Below the pieces are notes generated by a model, which saw only the letters and a program-made list of their open reading frames with translations, was not told the DNA's origin and did no database searches. From Candidatus Anstonellaceae archaeon (GTDB lineage Archaea > Micrarchaeota > Micrarchaeia > Anstonellales > Anstonellaceae), in NCBI GenBank assembly GCA_038824715.1, contig JAWBPP010000002.1, forward strand, positions 1-40,257: a stretch of DNA of 40,257 nt. The letters run 5' to 3'. Position 1 is the first letter of the stretch. Each line of letters starts with the position of its first letter. Positions 32,901-40,257 of the stretch are shown in pieces. Position numbers and translations under genes: made by a program.

Positions 32901-33037
32901 TCTACCTTGAAAACCTGCCAGGATTTGACTTGGTTTACAAGAGCAAAAACGGGGAGGTGAAAATTTACAGGTTGCAGAATTTCACCGGAAATAAAGAAGG
33001 TCGCATAGACCCGGTTTCAGCAGCGAAAAATTATTAG
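29936..33037 (+). CDS. aglB: Archaeal oligosaccharyltransferase AglB (STT3 family)
   Basis: The ~1033-aa product has a polytopic N-terminal half, the catalytic-site motif SWWDYGHWINYFG, and a large soluble C-terminal domain. The alternative start is 29918. Confidence 0.9.
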   Translation: MVAFTFDPLYHSLLVFLSAMIPGIALGWPFLKKSELSVLEKLLLCFFIGLIVPPSLLIVENIVGLKFSFALVIANLLLVTGAGIVYGIREGAFSFSMPKPDFDSMLSLEFAKKHAATFFLLLAVLLSFWIRIQSYSPIYSELDPYFYVYGSGQLIRLGTNPVREDTAWWPEVTTADHRGFPSLKMYTEAQWYSLYTKGGEYNNYLMFVTSSWLPPISAALLALGAYLLFSAMYGKRYGVLAAFLAAFLPVTIFKMSAGVNEAAPFGMASIFLVFGIYSLALRKKDLAIGAVAGLAFMAAVLGTNYESVLAIPAAAFIVLQAADYFVREKKNGIFLNTSLLLVAGLAAGTFIEGIYARWLDGALDIFAADRLPVLAAIALAYGLANVERFANVTNQQRKVAIAACAAICLAVLLVPNPIGNYAKTYVKNYIGAADFNFPLQRTIAEQNVAGAIFEGEGGFLAFVPAAHEIAAPKDLKESAWNLLDAVLGAVAAVFSYIGNAAIGLVSATSNMALWTNINTVPKADSLLFFFVEVASIGIVARHFARKGEGREEPNTGMLVLLLALPILYIGLNKIKFTIFVGLALLLAAVAAVAELEKALLWLARKAKLHEHIERRIRAAFIVAIMLLAYAQVTTPSSYPVMILKKSFEPRYQDNPAALMPKLASTCESLRALGYYDAEICAAGYNASFADSINSQFDSKVCLVSQLSMKELVPGQSVEEQQISSEAKAGASFRCNRLADYWIDSMEWINKNLQPEDRVTSWWDYGHWINYFGDRKTVLRNEHASTGMIGRVAHDYIDGTTQQLIDSMNYFDSRYVLFDVELIGGSSFGGKYGALNYLACAHDNGTSVAQPPGTSDCEFEHSPERVAIPKIRFPGTECAISESQQRIGVIAYSVKKNGIDQTKPVYCVGETTLVNGEKVSATYYIDRKDEDGDLVLSKGFLRQVEDSGQVGIYELVYNELPVWPGKNGTFVGGMEDAKTKFYTSNLYRGFYLENLPGFDLVYKSKNGEVKIYRLQNFTGNKEGRIDPVSAAKNY

Positions 33038-33040
33038 CAG

Positions 33041-34033
33041 CTACACAGAGGAACTTTTCTTTTTGCAGTATGCTTCATCGATTATGGATAACGAAGATAA
33101 CGCATCTTCTAGTTTTGCGCCTACAGATTTTTTGCCGTTTATGCTGCCAATAAAGTCCAGAATCTCGTTTTTCCAGCTCCAGTCTTCGCCGTCGAATTTT
33201 ATCACTTCAACTTCGGGAGGCCCCATTTCCGGCTTCATTTTGTATATTGTGAGCGTTTCTGTGCCGTAACTTCGACCCAAGCCATCTATGTTCACTTGCG
33301 CGCGCTCAAAGAAAAGCTCGAATGAAAACAGGTTTTTCCACTGGACACAGCTGGTGGAAAGAAGGAAGGACACACCGTTTCTTGACTCCAGAAAAAGCGA
33401 TGCAGTGTCTTCTGCGGCAGCCTTCCAATAATAGTTCCTGCACGCGGCGAACTTGAGCGAAAGCTCTTCCCCTGAAAAAAATCTAGACAGATCGAGGAGA
33501 TGGCTTCCCTGATCGATGAGCTGGCCGCCGCCTGAGATTTTCGGGTTGAAGCGCCACTCTTTTTCATATCCAAGCCTTCCGCCATGGCCGTACCTTGCTC
33601 TGGCATACAGCAGTTTGCCATATGTTTTCGACTCACAGATTTTTTTTGCCTCCAGAATTGCCGGGTGGAAGCGATGGTTGAAACCTACACACACCATCTT
33701 GCCGCTTTTTTTCTGTGCAGAAAGTATTGCCCTAACTTCTTCCTGGTTCCTGCCAGCAGGCTTTTCAACCAGAACGTGCTTGCCATGCTCAAGAGCATCG
33801 ATGGATATTTCAGAAAGGAAATCATGCGTAGTTGCAACAACTACTGCATTGATTTTTTTGTCGCACGTTACTTCTTTCCAATCTGAATAGGACTCCGTCC
33901 CGTACTTTGAAGCGAGCGCCCCTGCCCGATCCTTGTTTAAATCCGCAACAGCGGCAACCTTTTCACCAAGGCTTGACAGTGCTTCTGCTCTTTTTCCACC
34001 TATCAGCCCAGCCCCGATTATTCCCCATTCCAT
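33041..34033 (-). CDS. Gfo/Idh/MocA-family NAD(P)-dependent sugar oxidoreductase
   Basis: MEWGIIGAGLIGGKRA, VLVEKPAG, VGFNHRFHP. Confidence 0.85.
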   Translation of the reverse strand: MEWGIIGAGLIGGKRAEALSSLGEKVAAVADLNKDRAGALASKYGTESYSDWKEVTCDKKINAVVVATTHDFLSEISIDALEHGKHVLVEKPAGRNQEEVRAILSAQKKSGKMVCVGFNHRFHPAILEAKKICESKTYGKLLYARARYGHGGRLGYEKEWRFNPKISGGGQLIDQGSHLLDLSRFFSGEELSLKFAACRNYYWKAAAEDTASLFLESRNGVSFLLSTSCVQWKNLFSFELFFERAQVNIDGLGRSYGTETLTIYKMKPEMGPPEVEVIKFDGEDWSWKNEILDFIGSINGKKSVGAKLEDALSSLSIIDEAYCKKKSSSV

Positions 34034-34050
34034 AAGACCACTTTTTCTAC

Positions 34051-34809
34051 CTACGCTTCCATGCGCCTAAGCGTATACCTGTCGGAATTTGTAATCTCCC
34101 TAGTGAAATTTTCCCATCTGTCATTAATGTGTATGAACTTCCCAGATATGCCATCTGATTTTTCCGACAGAAGATAGGAAACCAGTGCGCAAAACCTGCC
34201 CTTGTCCGCCCATTTTTCAGGTGGCTTGTCGTGGGTTTCGGTTTCCCATATGCCGGTTTTGTGCGCCCCTGGAGCAATTATATTGGCATCGATTTTAGGA
34301 TATTCTGCAGCCAGAATTTCTGTGAAACGCACCATTGCTGCCTTTGAGGAAGCATAAGCTGTGTGCTGCACTCGCACTCCCGCCGCACCTCCTCCTGCAA
34401 AATTCACTATTTTCCCCCTGCGCGACTTGAGCAGCGCTGGAAGGACCGCCCTGCAGACTGCTGCGTTGCCTATCAGATCGATATTGACTGCCGAAACCCA
34501 GTCTTCCCACTTTCCATCCCCAAACCTTGCCACTGGACCCAAGATAGCCGCTGCATTCACCAGGCCATCGATGGTTTGGAAAGGAGAGAGGGAATCTGAG
34601 AGGCTATTAAAATCGGAGATATCGGCAACTGCCAGGTGTAATCCTACGCCAGGATTGCCAGCGATTGAGGACGCTACTTTTGCGAGGGCGTCCTTTTTCT
34701 TCCCAAGCAATATTATCTCAGAAAAATTCTTTGACTCTGAAGAAGCGACAAGCGAGCCTAGCCCGCCAGAAGCACCGCTTATCAGAAGAACCTTACCCAT
34801 GTCAGCCAT
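34051..34809 (-). CDS. Short-chain dehydrogenase/reductase (SDR)
   Basis: KVLLISGASGGLGS (TGxxxGxG-like), NAAA, and YASSKAA (YxxxK). The start is ATG 34809 or 34800, beside the GT2 stop. Confidence 0.8.
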   Translation of the reverse strand: MADMGKVLLISGASGGLGSLVASSESKNFSEIILLGKKKDALAKVASSIAGNPGVGLHLAVADISDFNSLSDSLSPFQTIDGLVNAAAILGPVARFGDGKWEDWVSAVNIDLIGNAAVCRAVLPALLKSRRGKIVNFAGGGAAGVRVQHTAYASSKAAMVRFTEILAAEYPKIDANIIAPGAHKTGIWETETHDKPPEKWADKGRFCALVSYLLSEKSDGISGKFIHINDRWENFTREITNSDRYTLRRMEA

Positions 34810-35680
34810 CCCGCCTGACCACGAATTTAGACCTAAGCTTTTCCAGGAATGTCCTGCGCAGACTGTCAGGGAAGAAAAGCGATATAAACTGCAGCATGTT
34901 GACCACAAAATCTGCTGGCGTGGGAACCATCCGGAGGGAGCCCATGGCGCGCCATTTCACTGAAAGGGATGAAAAGTAAAGCTGCAACCTGTATCGCGAT
35001 GCGCCACCCCCAGGATGCACTCTGTATTTCACCAAAGGAGATGATATGTTGTGAAATTTGGTTATTTTGGCCATTCTCACCCAAAGGTCGTAGTCCTCTG
35101 AGAATTCGCCCTCCCTGTAGCAGCCGGCTTGCTCCACCAGCCTCTTCCTAACCATGACAGTAGGCTGAGGGACAGGGTTGAACTGCAAGAAGTGCTTCCT
35201 TATCTCTTCATCAGTTTCAAAGGCGCTCCGCAGGCCGACTTCAGCGCCGCCCTTGTCGATAAGAATCATGGATGACCCCACAGCTCCAATGTCCCTGTGC
35301 GACTGCAGGAACTTCACCTGCGTCTCCAGTCTGCCAGGAAGCGAAATGTCGTCGTAATCCGCAAATGCAAGAAGCTCCCCCCTTGCCTTGCTTACGCACA
35401 CGTTCCTTGCCGTGACGATCCCATGCAGCCGTTCGGAAAGCGGGCGGGCCTTGCCTTCGAATGGAGGTTGGTTGAAGAAGAAGACCCGCGTCTTTTTGGA
35501 GCGCTTCGCAAGTTTTTTAGCAAAATCGGTTTTTCCAGAGACCACCACGACCGCTTCAAAATTCTTGAAAGTCTGGGAAAGAACACTTGAGAGTGCCTCG
35601 GAAAAATGCCTGCGAACCTGCGCCGAACCGTCATCGTAGAAGGGCATGAGCACTGAGACAAGCGGCTTTTTGGAAGGCAT
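34802..35680 (-). CDS. Family 2 glycosyltransferase
   Basis: VSVLMPFYDDG, SQTFKNFEAVVV, FADYDDIS (DxD). Confidence 0.85.
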   Translation of the reverse strand: MPSKKPLVSVLMPFYDDGSAQVRRHFSEALSSVLSQTFKNFEAVVVVSGKTDFAKKLAKRSKKTRVFFFNQPPFEGKARPLSERLHGIVTARNVCVSKARGELLAFADYDDISLPGRLETQVKFLQSHRDIGAVGSSMILIDKGGAEVGLRSAFETDEEIRKHFLQFNPVPQPTVMVRKRLVEQAGCYREGEFSEDYDLWVRMAKITKFHNISSPLVKYRVHPGGGASRYRLQLYFSSLSVKWRAMGSLRMVPTPADFVVNMLQFISLFFPDSLRRTFLEKLRSKFVVRRDG

Positions 35681-35689
35681 GTGATCCCC

Positions 35690-36289
35690 CTACTTCATCT
35701 TTTTCGCAGCATCGAGAATGCTTTTCGCAATTATTTCCGGCTTTTTTCCGCCTTTCAAGTACTGCCACAACTCCGGCTTGAACGCGCCGATGAAAACTGT
35801 CTTGCAGCCAGCTGCATGGCCTGCCTTCACATCCACAATGCCATCGCCTGCCATGTATGAGCTCTTCAGGTCAATGCCGTGCTCCCTGGCAGCCGCAAGC
35901 AGCAGCCCTGCCTTTGGCTTTCTGCACCGGCAGTTCTTTCTGTATTTCGCAAGCTTTGAGCCAGGATGGTGCATGCAGTAATATTTCGCATCAAGCTCGA
36001 TGCCATGCTTTGCAAGAAGCGAATCAAACCGATTACATACTGCAACAAAATCCTTCTCGCCCATGTTGCCTTTTGCAACACCAGGTTGGTTGGAAACAAG
36101 CATTAGCATGAAGCCCTTTCTGCGAAGAATCTTGAGTGCTTCTGGCACCCCTGGAAGGAGCCCCAGTTGCGAAGGGACAAACGGGCTGTCCACTATTCCA
36201 TGGTCTGGATAGTAGACCATTTTGTTGAGCGTGCCATCACGGTCAAGGAAGACTGCACGCCTGAGTTTTTGCTTCAATGGATGCACCAT
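35690..36289 (-). CDS. gmhB: D-glycero-D-manno-heptose 1,7-bisphosphate phosphatase (HAD-IIIA)
   Basis: AVFLDRDGTLN, SNQPGVAKG, the Zn-finger-like CMHHP...CRCRKPKAG, and MAGDGIVD. Confidence 0.8.
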   Translation of the reverse strand: MVHPLKQKLRRAVFLDRDGTLNKMVYYPDHGIVDSPFVPSQLGLLPGVPEALKILRRKGFMLMLVSNQPGVAKGNMGEKDFVAVCNRFDSLLAKHGIELDAKYYCMHHPGSKLAKYRKNCRCRKPKAGLLLAAAREHGIDLKSSYMAGDGIVDVKAGHAAGCKTVFIGAFKPELWQYLKGGKKPEIIAKSILDAAKKMK

Positions 36290-36290
36290 T

Positions 36291-36893
36291 TCAAGGAGAT
36301 GCTGCGATTTTTTCCTTCAGACAGAAGACAATGAGGTGGTGCAGCACCACATGGAACGCCTCCACTTGAGGCGTGCTGTTCGCAGGGACCACCACGCAAA
36401 CATCAGCCATCTGCTTCATTGCCCCTCCGTCAAAGCCTGCAAAGCCTATTGCCTTGCCGCCGTTGTCCTTTGCATACTGCAGAGCTTTGAGCAAATTTTG
36501 CGACCAAGCGCCAGCCTTGTCCTTGCCAGCGCCGCCGTGCACTGAAAACGCGATTACCACGTCGCCTTTGGAGAAGTAATTCATGAGCTGCTCGACGTAG
36601 ATGTTCTCCCATCCGTTGTCGTTCGTGAGCGCAGAAACCATTGGAATGTTGTCCACAAGCGCAAAGGCCTTGAGGCGCTTCTTGCCCTCAACGTTCATCG
36701 TCTTTGCAAGGTCAGCAGCCATGTGCGTGGCTGTGGATGCCGAACCGCCGTTGCCGATTAGAAAGACAGTGCTGCCATTTTTCCATGCAGAGTAAAGCAT
36801 CTCGATTGCCGCATCCACATCTGCGCGCGGCATTTTCTCGATTATTTTTTGCGACTCGGCAAAAAAGTCATTGATGTATTTTGCATTTTTCAT
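36291..36893 (-). CDS. gmhA: Phosphoheptose (sedoheptulose-7-phosphate) isomerase, SIS domain
   Basis: FLIGNGGSASTATHMAADL, IAFSVHGG. It is 1 nt from gmhB. Confidence 0.85.
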   Translation of the reverse strand: MKNAKYINDFFAESQKIIEKMPRADVDAAIEMLYSAWKNGSTVFLIGNGGSASTATHMAADLAKTMNVEGKKRLKAFALVDNIPMVSALTNDNGWENIYVEQLMNYFSKGDVVIAFSVHGGAGKDKAGAWSQNLLKALQYAKDNGGKAIGFAGFDGGAMKQMADVCVVVPANSTPQVEAFHVVLHHLIVFCLKEKIAASP

Positions 36894-36905
36894 CCGGACT
36901 ACCTC

Positions 36906-37889
36906 TTATGGGTTGAACACTATCTTGCTTCCTTCGAAATCGAACCTGAACTGGAATTCCGGCGCATTTTTGGTTTTCATTGCAGCGCGAAGCTTGCTCT
37001 TGTCGGACGGGCAATAGAATACTATGAACCCGCCGCCGCCCGCGCCTATGAGCTTGCCGCCTGTAGCCCCGTTGCGCATGCCTGTTTCATAAAGCTCGTC
37101 TATTGCAGCGTTGGATACTTTGCCAGAAAGCTTCCTCTTCGCCATCCAGTGCTGGTGGAAAAGCGGCCCGATGTCGTCCACCTTGCCATCCTCAAGCGCA
37201 GTGCAGATTTTCGCGCCTATCTCCTTTATCCGATGGAGGTTTTCCACCACTGCCGACTCGTCCTTTTTTGTAGCCTCGTTCTGGTCCGACAAGACATCGG
37301 ATGCGCTTCGCTGGTAGCCAGTATAGAACATGAGAAGGTTATTTTCGAGGCGCTCGAACGAGTCCTCGGAAAGCATGGGCGAGGAGACAGTGACCTTGCC
37401 GTCTTTTTCAATGTCAAGCTTGGTGAGGCCACCGAATGCAGCCATGTACTGGTCCTGCTTGCCTATAGGCTCCTTAAGTATGTCAATTTCTATTTTGCAC
37501 GCTTCGTCAGCAAGCACTTGGGGCGAGGCGTGCTTGCGCCTGTAAGAGTAAAGGGCATTCAGGAGGGCAACTGTGTATGCCGAAGATGAGCCGAGCCCTG
37601 TGTTTCCTGGCGCATCTGCCATGGAGAATATTTCTATTCCGCCTAGGACGCCTGCAAGCCTGAGGCATTCGCGCACTAGGGGGTGCTCGAGTTCTTCTAC
37701 GCTGGCGACGTTTTCTATTTTCCTGTAGCTTGCCTTTATGCCGCTGTCGAAATTCTTGTTCACTATCACATAAACGTACTTGTTTATGGCCACTGAAACA
37801 AGCGAGCCGCCGAACTTCGAGTAGTAGGAAGGCAAGTCCGTCCCGCCGCCGCCCAAAGGCAGCCTGAAAGGTGCGCGTGCAACTATCAT
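36906..37889 (-). CDS. hddA: GHMP kinase, D-glycero-alpha-D-manno-heptose 7-phosphate kinase-like
   Basis: MIVARAPFRLPLGGGGTDLPSYY, PGNTGLGSSSAYTVALLNAL, GGKLIGAGGGGF. Confidence 0.75.
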   Translation of the reverse strand: MIVARAPFRLPLGGGGTDLPSYYSKFGGSLVSVAINKYVYVIVNKNFDSGIKASYRKIENVASVEELEHPLVRECLRLAGVLGGIEIFSMADAPGNTGLGSSSAYTVALLNALYSYRRKHASPQVLADEACKIEIDILKEPIGKQDQYMAAFGGLTKLDIEKDGKVTVSSPMLSEDSFERLENNLLMFYTGYQRSASDVLSDQNEATKKDESAVVENLHRIKEIGAKICTALEDGKVDDIGPLFHQHWMAKRKLSGKVSNAAIDELYETGMRNGATGGKLIGAGGGGFIVFYCPSDKSKLRAAMKTKNAPEFQFRFDFEGSKIVFNP

Positions 37890-37900
37890 GAAATCTCCAG

Positions 37901-38608
37901 TTAATTTGATCCTCCCGTTTGTATGTGTTTTGTGAACCTTCTTAATCCTTCTTGTGAGCCAACCTCATAATACCCGGCTTTTGTCTCGAACGCGGCTAAC
38001 TGGCCGGCAGCTATCAGGTCTGAAAAAATCGTATCAGTGGAGAAATTCTTGAGCCCGTATTTTTCCAGCGCCTTTTTTTTGAAAAAAAGCAGCCCGTAAT
38101 CCATATATGAAAAAGTGCCTTTTGGCTGCCCTTTCTGATAGCGGACGACCATGCCGTTTTTGATTTCGCAGTTGTTTTCAGAAGTTCCGGATTCCTGCCT
38201 AAGGACAGACATCAGTGCAAGCTTCCCGGATTTTTTGAAGGAGGCGCTGACCGGTGCAAAAGGCTGCAGAAGATAGGAATCGCCATACGTCAGGAAGAAC
38301 TCTTCCGGAAGCATTGGGAGCGCATTTATTATCGAGCCACCGGTGCCAAGCAGCTCCTTTTCGTGGCATACCTCTACTCTTATGCCGTGCGTCTCGCTTG
38401 AGGCAAGGTAGTCTTCGATCTTGTGGCCAAGGTAGCCTGTTGAAAGAACGATCCGCCCCACCCCGTAGCCTGCCAAAAGCTCAAGCTGATAGTCGAGAAA
38501 AGGCCTGCCTTTGATTTCAATCAGGCATTTGGGCGTGTGGAGAGTGTATGGCCGCATGCGCGTGCCCAGCCCGCCAGCAAGGATGAGACCGATCAATCCG
38601 TCAGACAT
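37901..38608 (-). CDS. hddC: Sugar-1-phosphate nucleotidyltransferase, heptose 1-phosphate guanylyltransferase-like
   Basis: GLILAGGLGTRMRPYTLHTPKCLIEIKGRPFLDY. Its position lies inside the gmhA/hddA/gmhB set. Confidence 0.75.
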   Translation of the reverse strand: MSDGLIGLILAGGLGTRMRPYTLHTPKCLIEIKGRPFLDYQLELLAGYGVGRIVLSTGYLGHKIEDYLASSETHGIRVEVCHEKELLGTGGSIINALPMLPEEFFLTYGDSYLLQPFAPVSASFKKSGKLALMSVLRQESGTSENNCEIKNGMVVRYQKGQPKGTFSYMDYGLLFFKKKALEKYGLKNFSTDTIFSDLIAAGQLAAFETKAGYYEVGSQEGLRRFTKHIQTGGSN

Positions 38609-38617
38609 GGTTTTGCC

Positions 38618-39592
38618 TCAGAAGTGCTGCTTGTGCTTGTCAGAGATGTCCTGCGCAGCGAGCATTTCTTTTGCAGCGGAAAAGACAGCCTGGGCAGAAG
38701 TCATAGATGGCTTCCATCCGCAGGCGCGCAATTTCTTGTTGTCAAGGAAGACGAATGGCATGTCCCCGAGCCAGCCGCGCTCCCCTCCAGTGTAAGAGTA
38801 CTCTACACCAGAAAGTCCCATCGCAGAGGATACCTGGTTTGCGATTTCGTCCACAGTCACCCAGTCGTCGTTGCCTATGTTGTAGAAGTTCGTCGTTTCC
38901 TTCCCGTGCGAGATGCCGGCAAGGATTCCTGAAATGCAGTCGGAGACATGCACGCAGGATTTCCGTTGCTTTCCGTTGCCGAGTATTTCAAGCCTTTTTG
39001 AATCGCGCGAAAGTTTTCTTATGAAATCGCCGACCACACCATGGTTGTTTTTCGCCCCAAGCACATTGACGAACCTGAATATCCATGACTGCATGCCGAA
39101 ATCCTCGCAGAAGGCAGAGATATACCCCTCTGCTGCGAGCTTGGACGCACCGTAAAGCGAAGTCGGCCTGAGAGGCCCGTAGGTTTCAGGAGTGGGGAAC
39201 ACTGAAGGCTCGCCGTATACTGCAGACGAAGATGTAAATGCGACTTTCTTTGCGCCCGAATGCCTCATTGCCTCAAGGCAGTTTATCGTGGTTATCGTGT
39301 TGTAGTCCAGATCCATCTTGGTATTTTCCATCCCGCCACGTATGTCCGCGTTTGCAGCCAAGTGGTAGACGACATCGAAATCCTCGCCCTGCATTGCATT
39401 TTTGACCTCGGCCAGATTCCGCATGTCTCCCTTGACAAAGGTAAAAATCGCCTTGCCTTCGCAATCATCTAGGTTTTCCATCTTGCCAGTGTAAAGGCTA
39501 TCGAAAACCGTGACTTCGTTCCCATCGGAAATGAGCCTTGCGACAAGCTCGCTCCCTATGAAGCCTGCCCCGCCAAACACAATAGCGCGCAT
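38618..39592 (-). CDS. NAD-dependent nucleotide-sugar epimerase/dehydratase (extended SDR)
   Basis: AIVFGGAGFIGSEL, YGASKLAAE, 324 aa. Confidence 0.85.
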   Translation of the reverse strand: MRAIVFGGAGFIGSELVARLISDGNEVTVFDSLYTGKMENLDDCEGKAIFTFVKGDMRNLAEVKNAMQGEDFDVVYHLAANADIRGGMENTKMDLDYNTITTINCLEAMRHSGAKKVAFTSSSAVYGEPSVFPTPETYGPLRPTSLYGASKLAAEGYISAFCEDFGMQSWIFRFVNVLGAKNNHGVVGDFIRKLSRDSKRLEILGNGKQRKSCVHVSDCISGILAGISHGKETTNFYNIGNDDWVTVDEIANQVSSAMGLSGVEYSYTGGERGWLGDMPFVFLDNKKLRACGWKPSMTSAQAVFSAAKEMLAAQDISDKHKQHF

Positions 39593-39666
39593 ATTGATAC
39601 CGTCTGATTAGTGCTGTCAAAAAGGTTATATCTACATATCCCCATATTACGTCGAAAGGTGATGGT

Positions 39667-40257
39667 GTGAAGATATTTGCTGACACTTCAAAGGTAGAAG
39701 AGATACGCGAATTTGCCTCGTGGGGGGTAATAGATGGGGTCACCACCAACCCGAAAATAATCGCAAGCGACGGGAACGAGCTTGAGCCCACTGTCAAGGA
39801 GATATGCAAAATCGTGCCCGGCCCTGTAAGCGTGGAGGTCACCACCAATGATTATGAGGAGATGGTGAAGGAAGGCACAAAATATGCTGCGTGGGCAAAA
39901 AATATCGTTATCAAGGTTCCAATAATCCCTGCAGGATTGAAAGCTGTTGTCGCGTTCAAGGCAAAAGGCATAAAGACAAACGTGACTTGCGCCATGAGCT
40001 ACAACCAGGCAGTGCTCGCTGCAAAGGCGGGAGCGACATATGTGAGCCTGTTTTATGGGAGAATTGGAGACCTCGGCTACGACCCGTTCATTGTCATCAA
40101 GGACACGGCTGACACTTTTGCCAAATGGAACTGCAGGTCTGAGATAATCGTGGGCTCCATGCGCTCGCTTTTGGATGTCAACCGTTCCATGCAGGCTGGC
40201 GCGCACATAGTCACCGTGCCGCCCAAGTTCATCCGGCAGATGGCGGAAAATCCAATG
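39667..40257 (+). CDS. Transaldolase / fructose-6-phosphate aldolase family protein (3' end outside the window)
   Basis: Hand translation from GTG 39667 (AGGTGA lies 5 nt upstream) gives VKIFADTSKVEEIREFASWGVIDGVTTNPKIIA...NIVIKVP...TNVTCAMSYNQAVLAAKAGATYVSLFYGRIGD. It is not in the ORF track because no stop lies inside the window. Confidence 0.85.
   Translation, partial: MKIFADTSKVEEIREFASWGVIDGVTTNPKIIASDGNELEPTVKEICKIVPGPVSVEVTTNDYEEMVKEGTKYAAWAKNIVIKVPIIPAGLKAVVAFKAKGIKTNVTCAMSYNQAVLAAKAGATYVSLFYGRIGDLGYDPFIVIKDTADTFAKWNCRSEIIVGSMRSLLDVNRSMQAGAHIVTVPPKFIRQMAENPM

Noticed and set aside
39688-40206. 172-aa minus-strand ORF near the window end.
   Set aside because: It is antisense to a clear transaldolase/FSA-family reading frame that starts at GTG 39667 and runs off the window. 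The translation has no recognisable features.

Overview
This window is a very compact archaeal chromosome segment. The archaeal call rests on a Nop5-type C/D snoRNP protein, an AglB/STT3 oligosaccharyltransferase with WWDYG, geranylgeranyl reductase, a UbiA prenyltransferase, FlaI/FlaJ-like pilus machinery, a small TRAM protein, an archaeal-type GlyRS, and TATA-like boxes about 25-35 nt upstream of many start codons. About 40 genes are present, mostly on the minus strand, with intergenic gaps often under 20 nt. The housekeeping content is purL-purQ-pstSCAB-phoU, tRNA-Pro(UGG), a Dus-like gene, glyS, pyrE-pyrF, an isoprenoid/lipid block (uppS, UbiA, PHP, GGR), and an N-glycosylation block. The glycosylation block pairs aglB with a complete GDP-D-glycero-alpha-D-manno-heptose pathway (gmhA, hddA, gmhB, hddC), an epimerase, a GT2 and two oxidoreductases. 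The window ends in a partial transaldolase/fructose-6-phosphate aldolase gene. The standout is at the left end (678-3478, minus strand). A visibly AT-richer islet carries a translationally coupled two-gene operon: a TIR-APAZ protein followed by a short (MID-PIWI only) prokaryotic Argonaute. This is a SPARTA-type NAD(P)+-depleting abortive-infection system in an archaeal context, next to a truncated MBL/beta-CASP gene relic and an Lrp-like regulator. Secondary oddities are a lysine-rich extension on PurQ, a PurS-PurS-PurL fusion, and a pstS lipoprotein signal peptide with no canonical start codon. Others are a ~780-nt stretch without a convincing gene beside the tRNA (containing a 17-nt direct repeat), relic duplications of two gene 3' ends, and an N-terminally truncated Nop5 with no fibrillarin neighbour. 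All calls come from reading the sequence and ORF translations by eye. No database searches were run.
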